Shown here: in pieces, positions 19,026-29,137 of the stretch | Position numbering within the stretch: the stretch's first letter is position 1 | How the letters are laid out: each line of letters opens with the position of its first letter | Source: an uncultured Chloroflexia bacterium | Lineage (GTDB): Bacteria; Chloroflexota; Limnocylindria; Limnocylindrales; CSP1-4 | DNA: 64,000 bases | Reading direction: 5' to 3' | Assembly (NCBI GenBank): GCA_963712745.1 | Contig: CAVQJC010000005.1 | Span: forward strand, 64,001 to 128,000 | Program-made: the position numbers and the translations under genes | The notes under the pieces: model-generated | What the model was told of the DNA's origin: nothing | What the model saw: the letters and a program-made list of their open reading frames with translations, nothing else | Databases searched by the model: none

Positions 19026-20008
19026 CTGTCTAGTCCCTGTCGCATCGAGATCACGGTCGTTCCCTGGGCATGCCCGTCCGCGACGTGCCCGACGGCGCTC
19101 GCCCCTTCGTCCAGCGTGGATGCCAAGTCGATGACCGGACTGAGCCTGCCGGCCTCCACCAGTTCCGCAAGGGCGATCAAGTCGCTTGCGCGGTAGGCAT
19201 GGACGACGGGTCGAGCCTGCTGACGTACGACCCACGAGGACACGAGCACTCGGATGATCCGCCCCAAGGGCCTGGTCCAGCCGCCGGCAGGCGCTCCGTT
19301 GGACAGGAGGAGCCCGTTGGTGTCGAGGGCGCGCCTGATATCAGACAACGAACGGGTCCCCACGTTGTCGAGGATGAGGTCGTACCGTTGCTCGCCCTGG
19401 GTGAAGTCATCCTGGGTGTAGTCGATCACGTGGTCGGCGCCGATCGATCTCACGAGTTCGAGGTTCCGTGTGCTGCAGACAGCCGTCACTTCAGCCTCGA
19501 ACGCCTTGGCGAGCTGTACCGCGAACGTGCCCACACCGCCGGAGGCACCGTTGATGAGGACTCGCTGACCCGGTTGGACATTCCCAGCGTCGCGCAGAGC
19601 CTGAAGAGCGACCATCGCTGAGACCCCGAGGGCGGCGGCGTATTCGAACGAGGTTGCAGCAGGCTTCGGGGCCAACTTGTCCGCCGATGTCACGACGTAC
19701 TCAGCGAAGGCGCTCTTGCACCAACCGAACACCTGATCGCCCGGCGCGAGCTTCGTCACGTTTGGGCCGACGGCCTCGACCGTGCCCGCGATGTCCGTTC
19801 CCGGGATCCGTGCCTTGGGCCCGCGCAGCCCGTAGATAGGACGGAACAGGTATGGCACCCCCCGGATGCCGTGGACATCGCCAATGTGGATCGATGCGGC
19901 GCGGACGCGGATGAGCACCTCGTCGTCGTCGGGCGTCGGTTGAGGGACCTCGCCGACGCCTAGGACATCCCGCGGTTCTCCGTAGTCCTCCTGGATGAGT
20001 GCCCTCAC
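18974..20008 (-). CDS. NAD(P)-dependent medium-chain alcohol dehydrogenase/quinone reductase
   Basis: GTG start VRALIQEDYGEP, PGTDIAGTVEAVG, VLINGASGGVGTFAVQLAK, GADHVIDY; stop lies inside repeat R3. Confidence 0.88.
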   Translation of the reverse strand: MRALIQEDYGEPRDVLGVGEVPQPTPDDDEVLIRVRAASIHIGDVHGIRGVPYLFRPIYGLRGPKARIPGTDIAGTVEAVGPNVTKLAPGDQVFGWCKSAFAEYVVTSADKLAPKPAATSFEYAAALGVSAMVALQALRDAGNVQPGQRVLINGASGGVGTFAVQLAKAFEAEVTAVCSTRNLELVRSIGADHVIDYTQDDFTQGEQRYDLILDNVGTRSLSDIRRALDTNGLLLSNGAPAGGWTRPLGRIIRVLVSSWVVRQQARPVVHAYRASDLIALAELVEAGRLSPVIDLASTLDEGASAVGHVADGHAQGTTVISMRQGLDSERCRPSAVASDECRVP

Positions 20009-20110
20009 TGATGCCTCCGCAGGGGTACCTTGATGCTCCAAGGCACGGTGTCGCCGCTGTGTGCCTGATCCAAGGGCCATAGGACACCTAGCCCGGAGGA
20101 GACTCAGACG

Positions 20111-20479
20111 ATGGATGAGACGAGGATCGTGCTCGCAGGGCTGTGGGTGGCCCTGATGCTGACGTACCTCCTGGGCGACGTGCTCCGGATATTCGCGGGC
20201 GACGTCGAGCCCGGCAAGCTAGCCGGCGGCGTCCAGGGAAGGCCAGTCATGTGGCTGGGTATCGCGGTCATCATGCTGATCCCGATCGTCATGATCGTGT
20301 TGACCCTGACAGTCGACTATCCCGTGATCCAATGGCTGAACATCGTTGCCGCTGCTGGCCTGGTGGTGTTCAACCTCGTCGGCCTGCCCTACAAGGGCGC
20401 CTACGACAACTTCCTGATCATCGTCAGCCTCGTCTTCAATGCACTGACGATCTGGTACGCATGGAACTGGGTCGCCTAG
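20111..20479 (+). CDS. DUF6326-like membrane protein
   Basis: RIVLAGLWVALMLTYLLGDVL, ends IWYAWNW; GGAGGAG RBS. Confidence 0.72.
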   Translation: MDETRIVLAGLWVALMLTYLLGDVLRIFAGDVEPGKLAGGVQGRPVMWLGIAVIMLIPIVMIVLTLTVDYPVIQWLNIVAAAGLVVFNLVGLPYKGAYDNFLIIVSLVFNALTIWYAWNWVA

Positions 20480-20532
20480 AGCCCTGCGTGTGAGGGCGAG
20501 CTCGAGGTGTGGCATGGGGTGCACAACCGAGC

Positions 20533-20745
20533 CACGCTCCCGAACCGCACAATCATCGACGCCTACACCGCTCCGCGCGCCACGCTCAAGACCCCGAAGC
20601 CTTCGCCGCTCGAGCCCGAAAGGCTCCCAAAGCATGTGCGCTGCCGCTGCGCTACACCCCGACGAGGATCGTGCGTGGATAGGGTACGCAGCGCGGCGCT
20701 CAGGCGGTATCCGAGGGTCTACAGCGCTCGAATCGTGCGATGATC
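20533..20745 (-). repeat. tRNA-Pro-derived att-like repeat R4
   Basis: Full copy with GCTCCCAAAGCATGTGCGCTGCCGCTGCGCTACACCCCG. Confidence 0.92.
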
Positions 20746-20849
20746 GTGGCTTCGCCCGAGACCCCGCCTGGGCCCCGAAGGTTGAGCGGTACTTCGACGC
20801 TCACTCGCACATTCAATCTGTTGCCCAGTCGCGACCGCTTTCCCGAGTG

Positions 20850-21146
20850 CTATCTGCTACGGAGCCAGCGCTCCAGATCGGCTCGGTCGACGATGCCGAG
20901 TACCAGGACCACGTGGTCGGCGTCGATGACGTCGTACATCACGCGGTAGTCGCCGATGCGCAACCGGTGGAAGGTGTCGTCGGCACCATGGATGGTCTTC
21001 ACGGACTTGCCTGCGACGCGTCCGGGGCGAGCAACGTTATGCGCGAGTCGCTCAAGTGCTCGGCGGATGCGATCACGATCAGCGTCACCGAGCTTCTTGA
21101 ACTGACGGGCCGCCGACCGCGAGAGCCGGACCTCGTAGGCGGTCAG
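20850..21146 (-). CDS. RelE/ParE-family toxin (CTG start, absent from ORF track)
   Basis: Manual translation MTAYEVRLSRSAARQFKKLGDADRDRIRRAL..FHRLRIGDYRVMYDVIDADHVVLVLGIVDRADLERWLRSR; CTGA overlap with the antitoxin stop, GGAGG 7 nt upstream. Confidence 0.85.
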   Translation of the reverse strand: MTAYEVRLSRSAARQFKKLGDADRDRIRRALERLAHNVARPGRVAGKSVKTIHGADDTFHRLRIGDYRVMYDVIDADHVVLVLGIVDRADLERWLRSR

Positions 21147-21379
21147 TCCAGATCCTCCAGCCTGACCGTCCGCCGCTTGGCGTGGTCGGCGCGGGCGAGT
21201 CGACGCTGGCGGACGAACTCGTCGGCATTGGCAAGGACGAGGTCCTCGGCCTCCTCGACCGGCAACAGGACCGCGGCAGGGCGGCCGCGCCGCGTGACGA
21301 CGTAGGCGGAGCCGCTCTCGACCTCGTCGATGACCGATGAGGCGGTCGCCTTCAGTTCCTTGATCCCGATCTCCGCCAT
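21143..21379 (-). CDS. Phd/YefM-family antitoxin
   Basis: MAEIGIKELKATASSVIDEVESGSAYVVTRRGRPAAVLLP. Confidence 0.9.
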   Translation of the reverse strand: MAEIGIKELKATASSVIDEVESGSAYVVTRRGRPAAVLLPVEEAEDLVLANADEFVRQRRLARADHAKRRTVRLEDLD

Positions 21380-21484
21380 GTCGTACCTCCTGCCCAAGTG
21401 GTCACCGAGGTGGTCACCTTAGCACAGGGGACGAGCGTGCCCAGGACCTTCGCAATTCGTGGAGGCAGGTCCCTGGGCTCGAGC

Positions 21485-21685
21485 CACGCTCCCGAACCGC
21501 ACGATGATCGAGGCCTTCACCGCTCGGCCCGTCACGCTCGGGGCACCGGAGCCTTCACCGCTCGAGCTTGGAAGGCTCCCAAAGCATGTGCGCTGCCGCT
21601 GCACTACACCCCGACGAGGTCCGTACGTAGATAGGGTACACAGCGCGCGTCCGAAGCGACCGCGAAGGGCCTACGGCGCTCGAAC
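21485..21685 (-). repeat. tRNA-Pro-derived att-like repeat R5
   Basis: Full copy. Confidence 0.92.
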
Positions 21686-21717
21686 TCAGCTGTGGCTGGA
21701 GCCTCCGGTGGAGGGCG

Positions 21718-22896
21718 CTACTCCGACGACAGCATCTCGGCGAACGGGGCGAACACCGGGTCGATCGCCCCCAGCGCCTTCGCGACCACCCCGAGGTCCG
21801 AGCAGGTGGTCGTGAAGACGACCGCGCTCAGGCCGCTATCGGGGTCTTGACCGACCAAGCCCTCCCAGCCGATGGCTTCTCCTTCGTGACCGACCAGGTC
21901 GCCGAGCTTCATGATGCCGAGGCCGTACTGCAGATCGAGCCCGCCTGTCTCCGAACGGAGCCGCGCGTTCACGGCTTCCTCAGACAGGAGCGCGTTGCCG
22001 CTCATGGATGCCGCCCAGATACCGAGGTCTCCGATCGTGGAATGCATCCCGCCGCCAGCCTGGCCGTAGCTGGCATTCCAGTCGGTCAGGTCCGTGCCCG
22101 GTGGCACCGGATCCGCGCCGTCGCCCAGGAGCTCGCCGACGCAGGGTTGGCTCATATAGCCGTGGGCGACCGGCTCGGGCAGCGCGGTGTCCTCGTTGGG
22201 CGGCAGGGCGGTATCGGCCATGCCCAGCGGCTCGGTGACGCGCTCGCGGATGAGTTCCTGGATGGTCTGGCCGGTGAGTGTCTCGGCGATCTCCTGGAGG
22301 GCGATGTAGTTGGTCGTGCTGTAGCCGCTGGTACCCGGCGGTTCGACCTCGCCGTCGGCACCGAAACCGATGAGCTGATCGGACGACCACGCGGTGTCCG
22401 GAGCCTGGACGTGGGCAGCGACGGCCGCATCAGGCACGTTCATGTAGTCGGGAATGCCGCTGGTCATACCCAGCAGCTGCTCGATGGTGATGCCCGCCAG
22501 GTTGGGGTGTCGCTCGGCAAGGTCGGGGTCGACATCGGCCACGGTGTCAGCAAGTGCGAGCTTGCCCTCATCGATGAGCTGGAGCATGACCGTGGCCATG
22601 AACGTCTTGCTGACGCTGCCGATGCGGAAGTGGTCGTCGATCGACGCAGGACGTCCCGCGGCGACGTCGGCGAGGCCATACGCCTGCTGGTACACGCCGC
22701 GTTCAGGGTCCCAGACGCCGATGTAGATGGCCGGCACCTCAGGGTGCTGTTCCATGACGGCGGCGATGTCGGTATCGATGGCAGCGGTGTCCTCGGCGGA
22801 CATGGGCTCGCTCGGCAGCTCGACGTCCGCAGCAGCGACCGGAGCGGCCAGGGTCAGGGCGAGGAAGGTGGTCGTGAGCAGCGTGACTCGGGACAA
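21718..22896 (-). CDS. Secreted serine hydrolase (beta-lactamase class C/D-Ala-D-Ala peptidase family)
   Basis: TTG start after AAGGAG; FRIGSVSKTF (SxxK), LLGMTSGIPDY, YSTTNY, GHEG. Confidence 0.88.
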   Translation of the reverse strand: MSRVTLLTTTFLALTLAAPVAAADVELPSEPMSAEDTAAIDTDIAAVMEQHPEVPAIYIGVWDPERGVYQQAYGLADVAAGRPASIDDHFRIGSVSKTFMATVMLQLIDEGKLALADTVADVDPDLAERHPNLAGITIEQLLGMTSGIPDYMNVPDAAVAAHVQAPDTAWSSDQLIGFGADGEVEPPGTSGYSTTNYIALQEIAETLTGQTIQELIRERVTEPLGMADTALPPNEDTALPEPVAHGYMSQPCVGELLGDGADPVPPGTDLTDWNASYGQAGGGMHSTIGDLGIWAASMSGNALLSEEAVNARLRSETGGLDLQYGLGIMKLGDLVGHEGEAIGWEGLVGQDPDSGLSAVVFTTTCSDLGVVAKALGAIDPVFAPFAEMLSSE

Positions 22897-22995
22897 CTGG
22901 GTCTCCTTGGGAAGGGCGAATTGCGAGCCGATGATGCCAGACCCCATCCGATGCGGCCATCGATCACGCGACCGCCCTGATGGTCAACGACGTGT

Positions 22996-23153
22996 CGCGC
23001 TCCCGAACCGCACGATGATCGAGGCCTTGGCCGCAAACCCCTCGCAAGCTCCCAAAGCTGTGCGCTAGCGCTGCGCTACACCCCGACGTGGTTCGTGCGT
23101 GACTGGGGTACACGGGAGGGCTCGATGGCGATACCAAGGGGCCTCACAGCGCG
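22996..23153 (-). repeat. tRNA-Pro-derived att-like repeat R6 (internally deleted arm)
   Basis: Only one GCCTT..CCGC unit remains; tRNA half degenerate (AAAGCTGTGCGCTAGCG). Confidence 0.88.
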
Positions 23154-23202
23154 CGGGAAAACAGGCCTGCCCCCGGCGGTGCGTCGAGCTGAGCTCCTGG
23201 TA

Positions 23203-24072
23203 CTACGTGGGGAGATCTGAGCGTCGCAGCCGCTCGACGGTGACTGGTGACGGCGCGGCTTCGGGTCGCAGCTCCGTCGGCAGTTCCTGTCCGGTCAGCC
23301 AGGCCTCGACCATGCGGACGTGCAGGTCGGGTGCCGTGAGCTGCCAGCAATGCCCCAGACCGGGCGCGTACCACGCCTCGGCGTCCTGCATGACGGCCGC
23401 CAGTGCCGCATTGGAGGCTCGGACGCCGAGTCCGTCGAGGTCATCGGTCTCCGCCTCCCCGGCGACGAGGAGCGTCGGGCACGAGGCGCCGGTCGCGGCA
23501 TAGGACCGGAAGGCGTCGGCGACTGTGCCCAGGTACGCCCGGCGCGACGCGGCGCGCACATCCTCCTCGCCCAGGAGTTCACCGAGCCTCCTGACCACTG
23601 GCCGGGTGTGAAGGAACGGCGTCACCATGACGGTGGCCAGGAGCGTCAGGGCACGCGCGCCCCTCGGGACGATGACTGGGACGCCATCGGTGATCGCCCG
23701 CTGGACGCGGTCGGGGTGGCGGTCCAGCAGGGCATGGATGACCACGCCACCCGAGCAGAGACCGACCACGCTCGCGCGACCCGAAGGGACGTGCGACCCG
23801 ATGAGCGCGGCCACGATGTCCGCCGTCTTCCGCAGCGACGCTGCGGGCAGGTGATTGCTGCGCCCGAACCCAGGCAGATCCGGGGCCAGGCAGTAGAAGT
23901 CGGTGAGGCCCGTCATGTGCGTTCGCCAGAACCGGGCACTCTGGCCGGCCCCGTGGAGGAAGACGACAGCTGGGGACTTCGGGTCGCCAGACGCCTCCAC
24001 GTACATGCCATGGGGCCCGGGCTCCGCCTTGCGGACCGTGGCGGAGTGGTCGAGCACCTCGGGCGCGTTCAT
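23203..24072 (-). CDS. Alpha/beta fold hydrolase
   Basis: FLHGAGQS, APDLPGFGRS, VGLCSGG, PGLGHCW. Confidence 0.85.
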   Translation of the reverse strand: MNAPEVLDHSATVRKAEPGPHGMYVEASGDPKSPAVVFLHGAGQSARFWRTHMTGLTDFYCLAPDLPGFGRSNHLPAASLRKTADIVAALIGSHVPSGRASVVGLCSGGVVIHALLDRHPDRVQRAITDGVPVIVPRGARALTLLATVMVTPFLHTRPVVRRLGELLGEEDVRAASRRAYLGTVADAFRSYAATGASCPTLLVAGEAETDDLDGLGVRASNAALAAVMQDAEAWYAPGLGHCWQLTAPDLHVRMVEAWLTGQELPTELRPEAAPSPVTVERLRRSDLPT

Positions 24073-24764
24073 GCCACGGACGCCTTGACGGGCATCTGTC
24101 GCTCTGGGGCGCTGGCCACCGCGGTGGATGCCGGTTTGACAGCCCGGACGAGCTGGGACTTGGAGGGCACCGGCAGGACCGTGACGCTGATGTCGGTGAA
24201 GCCTGCCTCCTCGACAAGCCTGGCCGCGTCGACGTCGCTCCAGAACCAGACGCCCCAAGCGTCGCGCGTACCCGACTTGTCGGTCCGCCCCAAGAGGGCC
24301 TTCGTGTTGTCGCCCATGGTGAAGACGGCGCGTCCACCGGGTCGCAGGACGCGGTGCATCTCAGCCAGCGCCCCTCCCGGGTCGGACGTGAACTTCATGG
24401 CGTCGAGGGAGGTGACGACGCCGAAGCGGGAGTCCTCCCAGGGCAGGTCCGCAGCATCGCCGAGGACGATCTCGGCCGTCCCCGCGGCGATGCGTTCGGC
24501 CAGACGCTTTCGGGCCATCTCGATCTGGAGCTCCGAGGCATCGATGCCGGCCACGTAGCGGACGTGAGCGGCGTGCTCGGCGAAGAGCACCGCCGATCCG
24601 CAGCCGACGTCGAGCAACTCGTCGTCGGCCTGGAGGTCGAGCTCGGCGGCCATGGCGCGATGGTACTTGCCCTTCATCGACGCCAGCAGCCGGGCACCGA
24701 TCCAGCCGAGCGGACCGTGGGGCACTCCCAGCAACGCGTAGTCGAACGATCTGCGCAGACCCAT
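24069..24764 (-). CDS. Class I SAM-dependent methyltransferase
   Basis: LLDVGCGSA, GDAADLPW, EMHRVLRPGG. Confidence 0.9.
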   Translation of the reverse strand: MGLRRSFDYALLGVPHGPLGWIGARLLASMKGKYHRAMAAELDLQADDELLDVGCGSAVLFAEHAAHVRYVAGIDASELQIEMARKRLAERIAAGTAEIVLGDAADLPWEDSRFGVVTSLDAMKFTSDPGGALAEMHRVLRPGGRAVFTMGDNTKALLGRTDKSGTRDAWGVWFWSDVDAARLVEEAGFTDISVTVLPVPSKSQLVRAVKPASTAVASAPERQMPVKASVA

Positions 24765-24883
24765 CGCACGTCCCCCTTGCGCGGGCCGGGTTCGCCAGTG
24801 GCTCAGCGCGGTCCTCAGCGGCCATGGTCACGGACCGTGCGTCGGAGCCTCCCGCTACCCACCATTCTCGCGCGGCCGCCAAG
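24765..24883 (-). promoter_or_regulatory. Conserved cassette leader, copy 3
   Basis: Same motif as 12779-12901. Confidence 0.65.
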
Positions 24884-24950
24884 ACCATGGTGCGGTCGGA
24901 ACCTATCAGCCGGGCGGCAACGAGTGAGCATCATGCAGGCTGCCACGGAT

Positions 24951-25163
24951 CACGCTCGCGAACCGCACGATGATCGAGGCTTTCGCCGCTTCCCCGGCCA
25001 CGCTCACGCCCCCGGAGCCTTCGCCGCTCGAGCCTAGAAGGCTCCCAAAGTATGTGCGCAACCGCTGCGCTACACCCCGACGAGGTTCGTGCCTGACTAG
25101 GGTACACAGCGGAGCTCGACAGCGACATCTGAAGGCCTGCAGCGCTCGAACCACACGATGATC
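24951..25163 (-). repeat. tRNA-Pro-derived att-like repeat R7
   Basis: Full copy. Confidence 0.92.
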
Positions 25164-25176
25164 GACGGCGGGCGGT

Positions 25177-25704
25177 CTACTCGGGCGCGGACCTCCTGGT
25201 GAGACGACGGAGCAACGTCATCAGATCGGTGCGTGCGTTGAAGCTCGCCTCGGGCAATCGGTCGGGGGTGCTTCCCTCCCGTGGGACGAGTCCGATTCTG
25301 CCGCGCGAACGCAAGCCCATCGAGACAGATGGTGTTGTGCACGAGTCGACGGTCCTAGAAGGACATGACGTCACTGCCGCGGAACTCGACTCGTCGGCCG
25401 GTGGGGTGTCTGCCCTGGAAGGACCCGCCCGAGAACGTCCCCGTTCCCTGCCACTCGACCACAGCCATGTCGCCCTCAGCAACGACGCCGAGGACCTCGC
25501 TCCTGAAGTCCGGGAACGCCGCGGACCACTCGGTGAAGAACGCTTGGACGGCCTCGCGGCCATTCCAGGACGCCGACCGGCACGGAGTTCGTCCACGAGG
25601 TCCGGAGCGTAGTTGGCCTTCATGGCCTCGAGGTCGTGACGCGAGACCGCATCCATGAGCGCCCGAGTTCGTTCTGCGATAGATGTGCTGGCGTCGATAG
25701 ACAT
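25177..25704 (-). pseudogene. SnoaL-like ester cyclase, frameshifted with premature stop
   Basis: N-terminus DAVSRHDLEAMKANYAPD; alternate frame gives GREAVQAFFTEWSAAFPDF..EGDMAVVEWQGTGTF..PTGRRVEFRGSDVMSF*DRRLVHNTI. Confidence 0.75.
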
Positions 25705-25753
25705 CAAGGACAACCCTCGGCTGGACGGCTCATCTGGACAACGAGCAACGGGT

Positions 25754-26194
25754 TCAGCTCCCAGCTTCGGCTTCCTTCGGCGCGATGATCTTCGCCAGCA
25801 GCGGCTGGTCGATGATGTAGTCCTTCGCTGAGCGTGCCTTGCCACCCTCGACCACGAACGCCGTCACACCGGTGAGCTGGGAGCAATGGCCATCGTGATC
25901 ACCCTCTTCGAGGTCCCACTCCACGTGCACGACGTTGGAGTTCGAGACCGCCCAGACGTTCTCGACCGAGACGTGTCGAACGGTGAAGCGCGTCACCGGC
26001 ATCGTCTCGAACCAGTTCGCGAACCACTCACGGTTGGCCTCGCGTCCCTCGAAGCGGCCGCTCCTGACGGTCTCGCCCGGGAACTCGAAGACAGCATCCT
26101 CGTGGAACAGCTCGGCCACCGCGTCAGGGTCCCGTCCGTTGACCGTCGCGTAGCCCTGTCGCACCGCTCGCTGCATCAAGACCGCACCGATCAT
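25754..26194 (-). CDS. NTF2/SnoaL-like family protein
   Basis: NGRDPDAVAELFHEDAVFEFPG..GRFEGREA. Confidence 0.8.
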   Translation of the reverse strand: MIGAVLMQRAVRQGYATVNGRDPDAVAELFHEDAVFEFPGETVRSGRFEGREANREWFANWFETMPVTRFTVRHVSVENVWAVSNSNVVHVEWDLEEGDHDGHCSQLTGVTAFVVEGGKARSAKDYIIDQPLLAKIIAPKEAEAGS

Positions 26195-26210
26195 GTCGTC
26201 CCTCCTTTGG

Positions 26211-27575
26211 CTAGGCTCGTACCCCGTAGCCGACCTGCAAATCGTCGCTCGGCGAGTGGACCTCGACCGCATCGAAGCCGGCATCGTGCAGTAGCTGCGC
26301 AAGCTCCTCGTCGCTGTAGAGCGTGGCCTTGTGCAGGAACCAGCCCACGGCACGAGTGCCGACGTCCTCGCGCTTCGGCTTGGGCATGGTCACGACCACG
26401 AAGCGACCGCCGGGCTTCAGGACCCTGACGGCCTCGTGCAGGACCCTTGGCGGGTCGGCGGCGAGGAAGAGTGCCGCCAGATTGGACTCCGCGTCGAAGG
26501 TGGCGTCGTCCCAGGGCAGCGCGGTGGCGTCACCGAGGCGCACCTCGAGGCGGCCCTCGGCCACTGCCCGAGCGTTGTTCTCCCGTGTCAACTCGACCAT
26601 ATCCGGGCTGTGGTCGATGCCGGCAGCCTGGTCGACCGTCTCGAGTGCCTGCGACAGGAACGTCCCGCCACCGCAGCCGACGTCAAGCAGATGGTCCGTT
26701 GGCGCCAGAGCGAGCTTCTCGTGGCAGGCGCGCCAGCCCTCGCCGTGCATCGAGGTCGCGTCTCGGTAGAGCATCCGGCCGATGGGTCCGCTGGGCCGCG
26801 AGATCGCCATATCCGTCAGCCGATCGACGATGTCACGACCTCGCAGCATGAGCAGCGCCGCACCGGCCACAGCCGCGCCAGCGAGCGCGAGGAGGAATCG
26901 ACGCCTAGCCACCAAGCCCATGAGTCCGACGATGGCTGCGACCGGCCAGACCCATATCAGATCGAGCGGGAGTGGCGCCGGCCCGGGCTCGTCGACCGGG
27001 TCGAGACGGACGACGTGGATGCGCTCGATGTCCCGGGCGAATCCCTCGGGGCTGTCCTCGACCCCCAGGTCAGCGAGGTACTCGTGGAACCGGCGACGGA
27101 CGCCGTGTTCGAGTATCGCGTACTGTGCGACCGCCTCGTCATGGTCGGTGGGATGGGCCGCGCGGGCCGTCCAGGTGCCGTGGGCATCCTGGATGGTGAC
27201 GATGGGGTCGGCCACCAGGTTGCGATACCAGTGGGCCCGGTCTCCATAGGGGTTCCATAGGTACCTGCGGCCCTCGATCTGGGCCCCGCCAATGACGATC
27301 CGTCGGGGCAGCCCGCTCGCTCGACCCGTGGTGGTGAGGACGACGTCACCCTCGATCCGGCCCAGCCCGAGCCTCCACAGGAGCATCGGAGCCCGGTGCG
27401 CGAGGCGGACCAGGAGTGTGTCCGGGTAGGCGGCGAGTCGGTCTTCGATGCGATCGTAGAGCTGGTGCAGCCGCGAGCCCATACGGTCGGCTGGCGTCAC
27501 GCCGGGCAGTCCAGCCGTGCCGGTGTCGGCATCCTGCTCCAGCCGTGATGCACTGGTCGGGGCGGTGGCGACCAT
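26211..27575 (-). CDS. Fusion protein: F420-dependent nitroreductase-like domain + TM hairpin + class I methyltransferase
   Basis: LTTTGRASGLPR..AHWYRNLVADPIVT; hydrophobic segments; LLDVGCGGG, GDATALPW, RVLKPGG. Confidence 0.8.
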   Translation of the reverse strand: MVATAPTSASRLEQDADTGTAGLPGVTPADRMGSRLHQLYDRIEDRLAAYPDTLLVRLAHRAPMLLWRLGLGRIEGDVVLTTTGRASGLPRRIVIGGAQIEGRRYLWNPYGDRAHWYRNLVADPIVTIQDAHGTWTARAAHPTDHDEAVAQYAILEHGVRRRFHEYLADLGVEDSPEGFARDIERIHVVRLDPVDEPGPAPLPLDLIWVWPVAAIVGLMGLVARRRFLLALAGAAVAGAALLMLRGRDIVDRLTDMAISRPSGPIGRMLYRDATSMHGEGWRACHEKLALAPTDHLLDVGCGGGTFLSQALETVDQAAGIDHSPDMVELTRENNARAVAEGRLEVRLGDATALPWDDATFDAESNLAALFLAADPPRVLHEAVRVLKPGGRFVVVTMPKPKREDVGTRAVGWFLHKATLYSDEELAQLLHDAGFDAVEVHSPSDDLQVGYGVRA

Positions 27576-27746
27576 CGGCTCCCCCTGCTCGAAGCGGGTC
27601 GCGAGCGCCCGCACCAGCCGGTGGCGTTCACCGTCCCCGCTGACCTTGATTCTCTCGCGGCCGACAAGCCGGGTGCGCCTGGCTCAGCTGGGCGGGACCG
27701 TTGGGGTGCCGGGCAGTCCGCCGAAGCGACGAAGCGGCCGGCATTT

Positions 27747-27958
27747 CACGCTCGCGAACCGCACGATAATCGAGGCCTTCGCCGCTCCCCCGGCCACGCT
27801 CACGCCCCCGGAGCCTTCGCCGCTCGAGCCTGAAAGGCTCCCAAAGCATGTGCGCTACCGCTGCGCTACACCCCGACGAGGTTCGTGCCTAGAGAGGGTA
27901 CACAGCACGCCCCTATAGCGACACAAAGGGACCCACAGCGCTCGAACCGAACACGATC
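27747..27958 (-). repeat. tRNA-Pro-derived att-like repeat R8
   Basis: Full, well-conserved copy. Confidence 0.93.
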
Positions 27959-28081
27959 TGGTCCACGAACGCTGGGTCGTCATCACTGAACGTTGGCCAC
28001 GCTCTCGTACCGCACAATGATGTGGGTAGCGGCGGCTCGGGGCACCGGGCAGGTCCGCAGAAGCAGCGAGGAGCCGATGCC

Positions 28082-29137
28082 ATGACATCGTCACCGCCAC
28101 CGCCACGGCCGATGCCTTCGAGCCTGACGCCCGTCGGCAAGCTCGGCTTCCGCGGACGCGCGGCCACACCCGAGGAGCGGGCCCGCATCTTCGACGCACT
28201 GTTCTTCGAGGGCGCGCAACGGATCCCCTACCTGCAGCAGTACTTCGTGCTCATGTTGCTCTCGGCCGCGATCGCCGCCTTCGGGATCGTCAACGACAGC
28301 GCCGCAGTGGTCATCGGGGCCATGCTCGTGGCACCGCTGATGACGCCCATCCTCGCGGTCGCTGCGGCGATCGTTCATGGCTGGGGCCGCCGGGCCCTCG
28401 AGTCGCTGCTCATCGTGGCTGCCGGTGCCCTCGCCGGGATCGGCGTCGGCATCGCGGTCGGATGGCTGGTCCCGAACGTGAACACGGGCCTGCCGTTGCC
28501 GGGTGAGCTCCTCGCGCGCACGAGCCCGAACCTCGTCGACCTGTTCATCGCGCTCGCCGCCGGTAGCGCGGCCGGCTTCGTGACGGTGCGGACCGAGGCT
28601 AGCGGTGCCTTGCCGGGCGTGGGCATCGCGGTAGCGCTGGTGCCACCGCTCGCGACCATCGGCATCACCATCGGCCTTGGAGACTGGGGACTCGCCTGGG
28701 GGGCGCTGTTGCTGTTCGCGACGAACCTCGTGGCCATCGTCCTCGCGGCTGGCGCGGTGCTCCTCGCGGCCGGGTTCGCGGCGTTCCGTGACCTCGAGGG
28801 CGCCCGTAGTGCCTCGCTCGCCACCAAGCTCGTCTGGATCGGCCTCCTCATCGTCGCCGTCCCGCTCGCGTTCCAGTCGTGGGCCCGCTACCAGGAGAGC
28901 GTGGCGCGCGGGCACATCGTCGAGGCCATCGAGACCTGGGCTGCCGACCTCAGAATCCGCGACGTGCACATCGACCGCTCGGCCGACCCGGTCCTCGTCG
29001 AGGTCACGGTCGTGGGACCCGAGGAACCGCCGCCGCCAGGCAGGCTGGCCGAACTCACGGCAGAGGATCTCGGACGACCGGTGCGGCTGGAGGTGACCTG
29101 GGCACCGATGACGGCGGTCGAAGCCCCGGCTCCCTAG
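28082..29137 (+). CDS. DUF389 family membrane protein
   Basis: DSAAVVIGAMLVAPLMTPI, ELLARTSPNLVDL, LPGVGIAVALVPPL. Confidence 0.88.
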   Translation: MTSSPPPPRPMPSSLTPVGKLGFRGRAATPEERARIFDALFFEGAQRIPYLQQYFVLMLLSAAIAAFGIVNDSAAVVIGAMLVAPLMTPILAVAAAIVHGWGRRALESLLIVAAGALAGIGVGIAVGWLVPNVNTGLPLPGELLARTSPNLVDLFIALAAGSAAGFVTVRTEASGALPGVGIAVALVPPLATIGITIGLGDWGLAWGALLLFATNLVAIVLAAGAVLLAAGFAAFRDLEGARSASLATKLVWIGLLIVAVPLAFQSWARYQESVARGHIVEAIETWAADLRIRDVHIDRSADPVLVEVTVVGPEEPPPPGRLAELTAEDLGRPVRLEVTWAPMTAVEAPAP

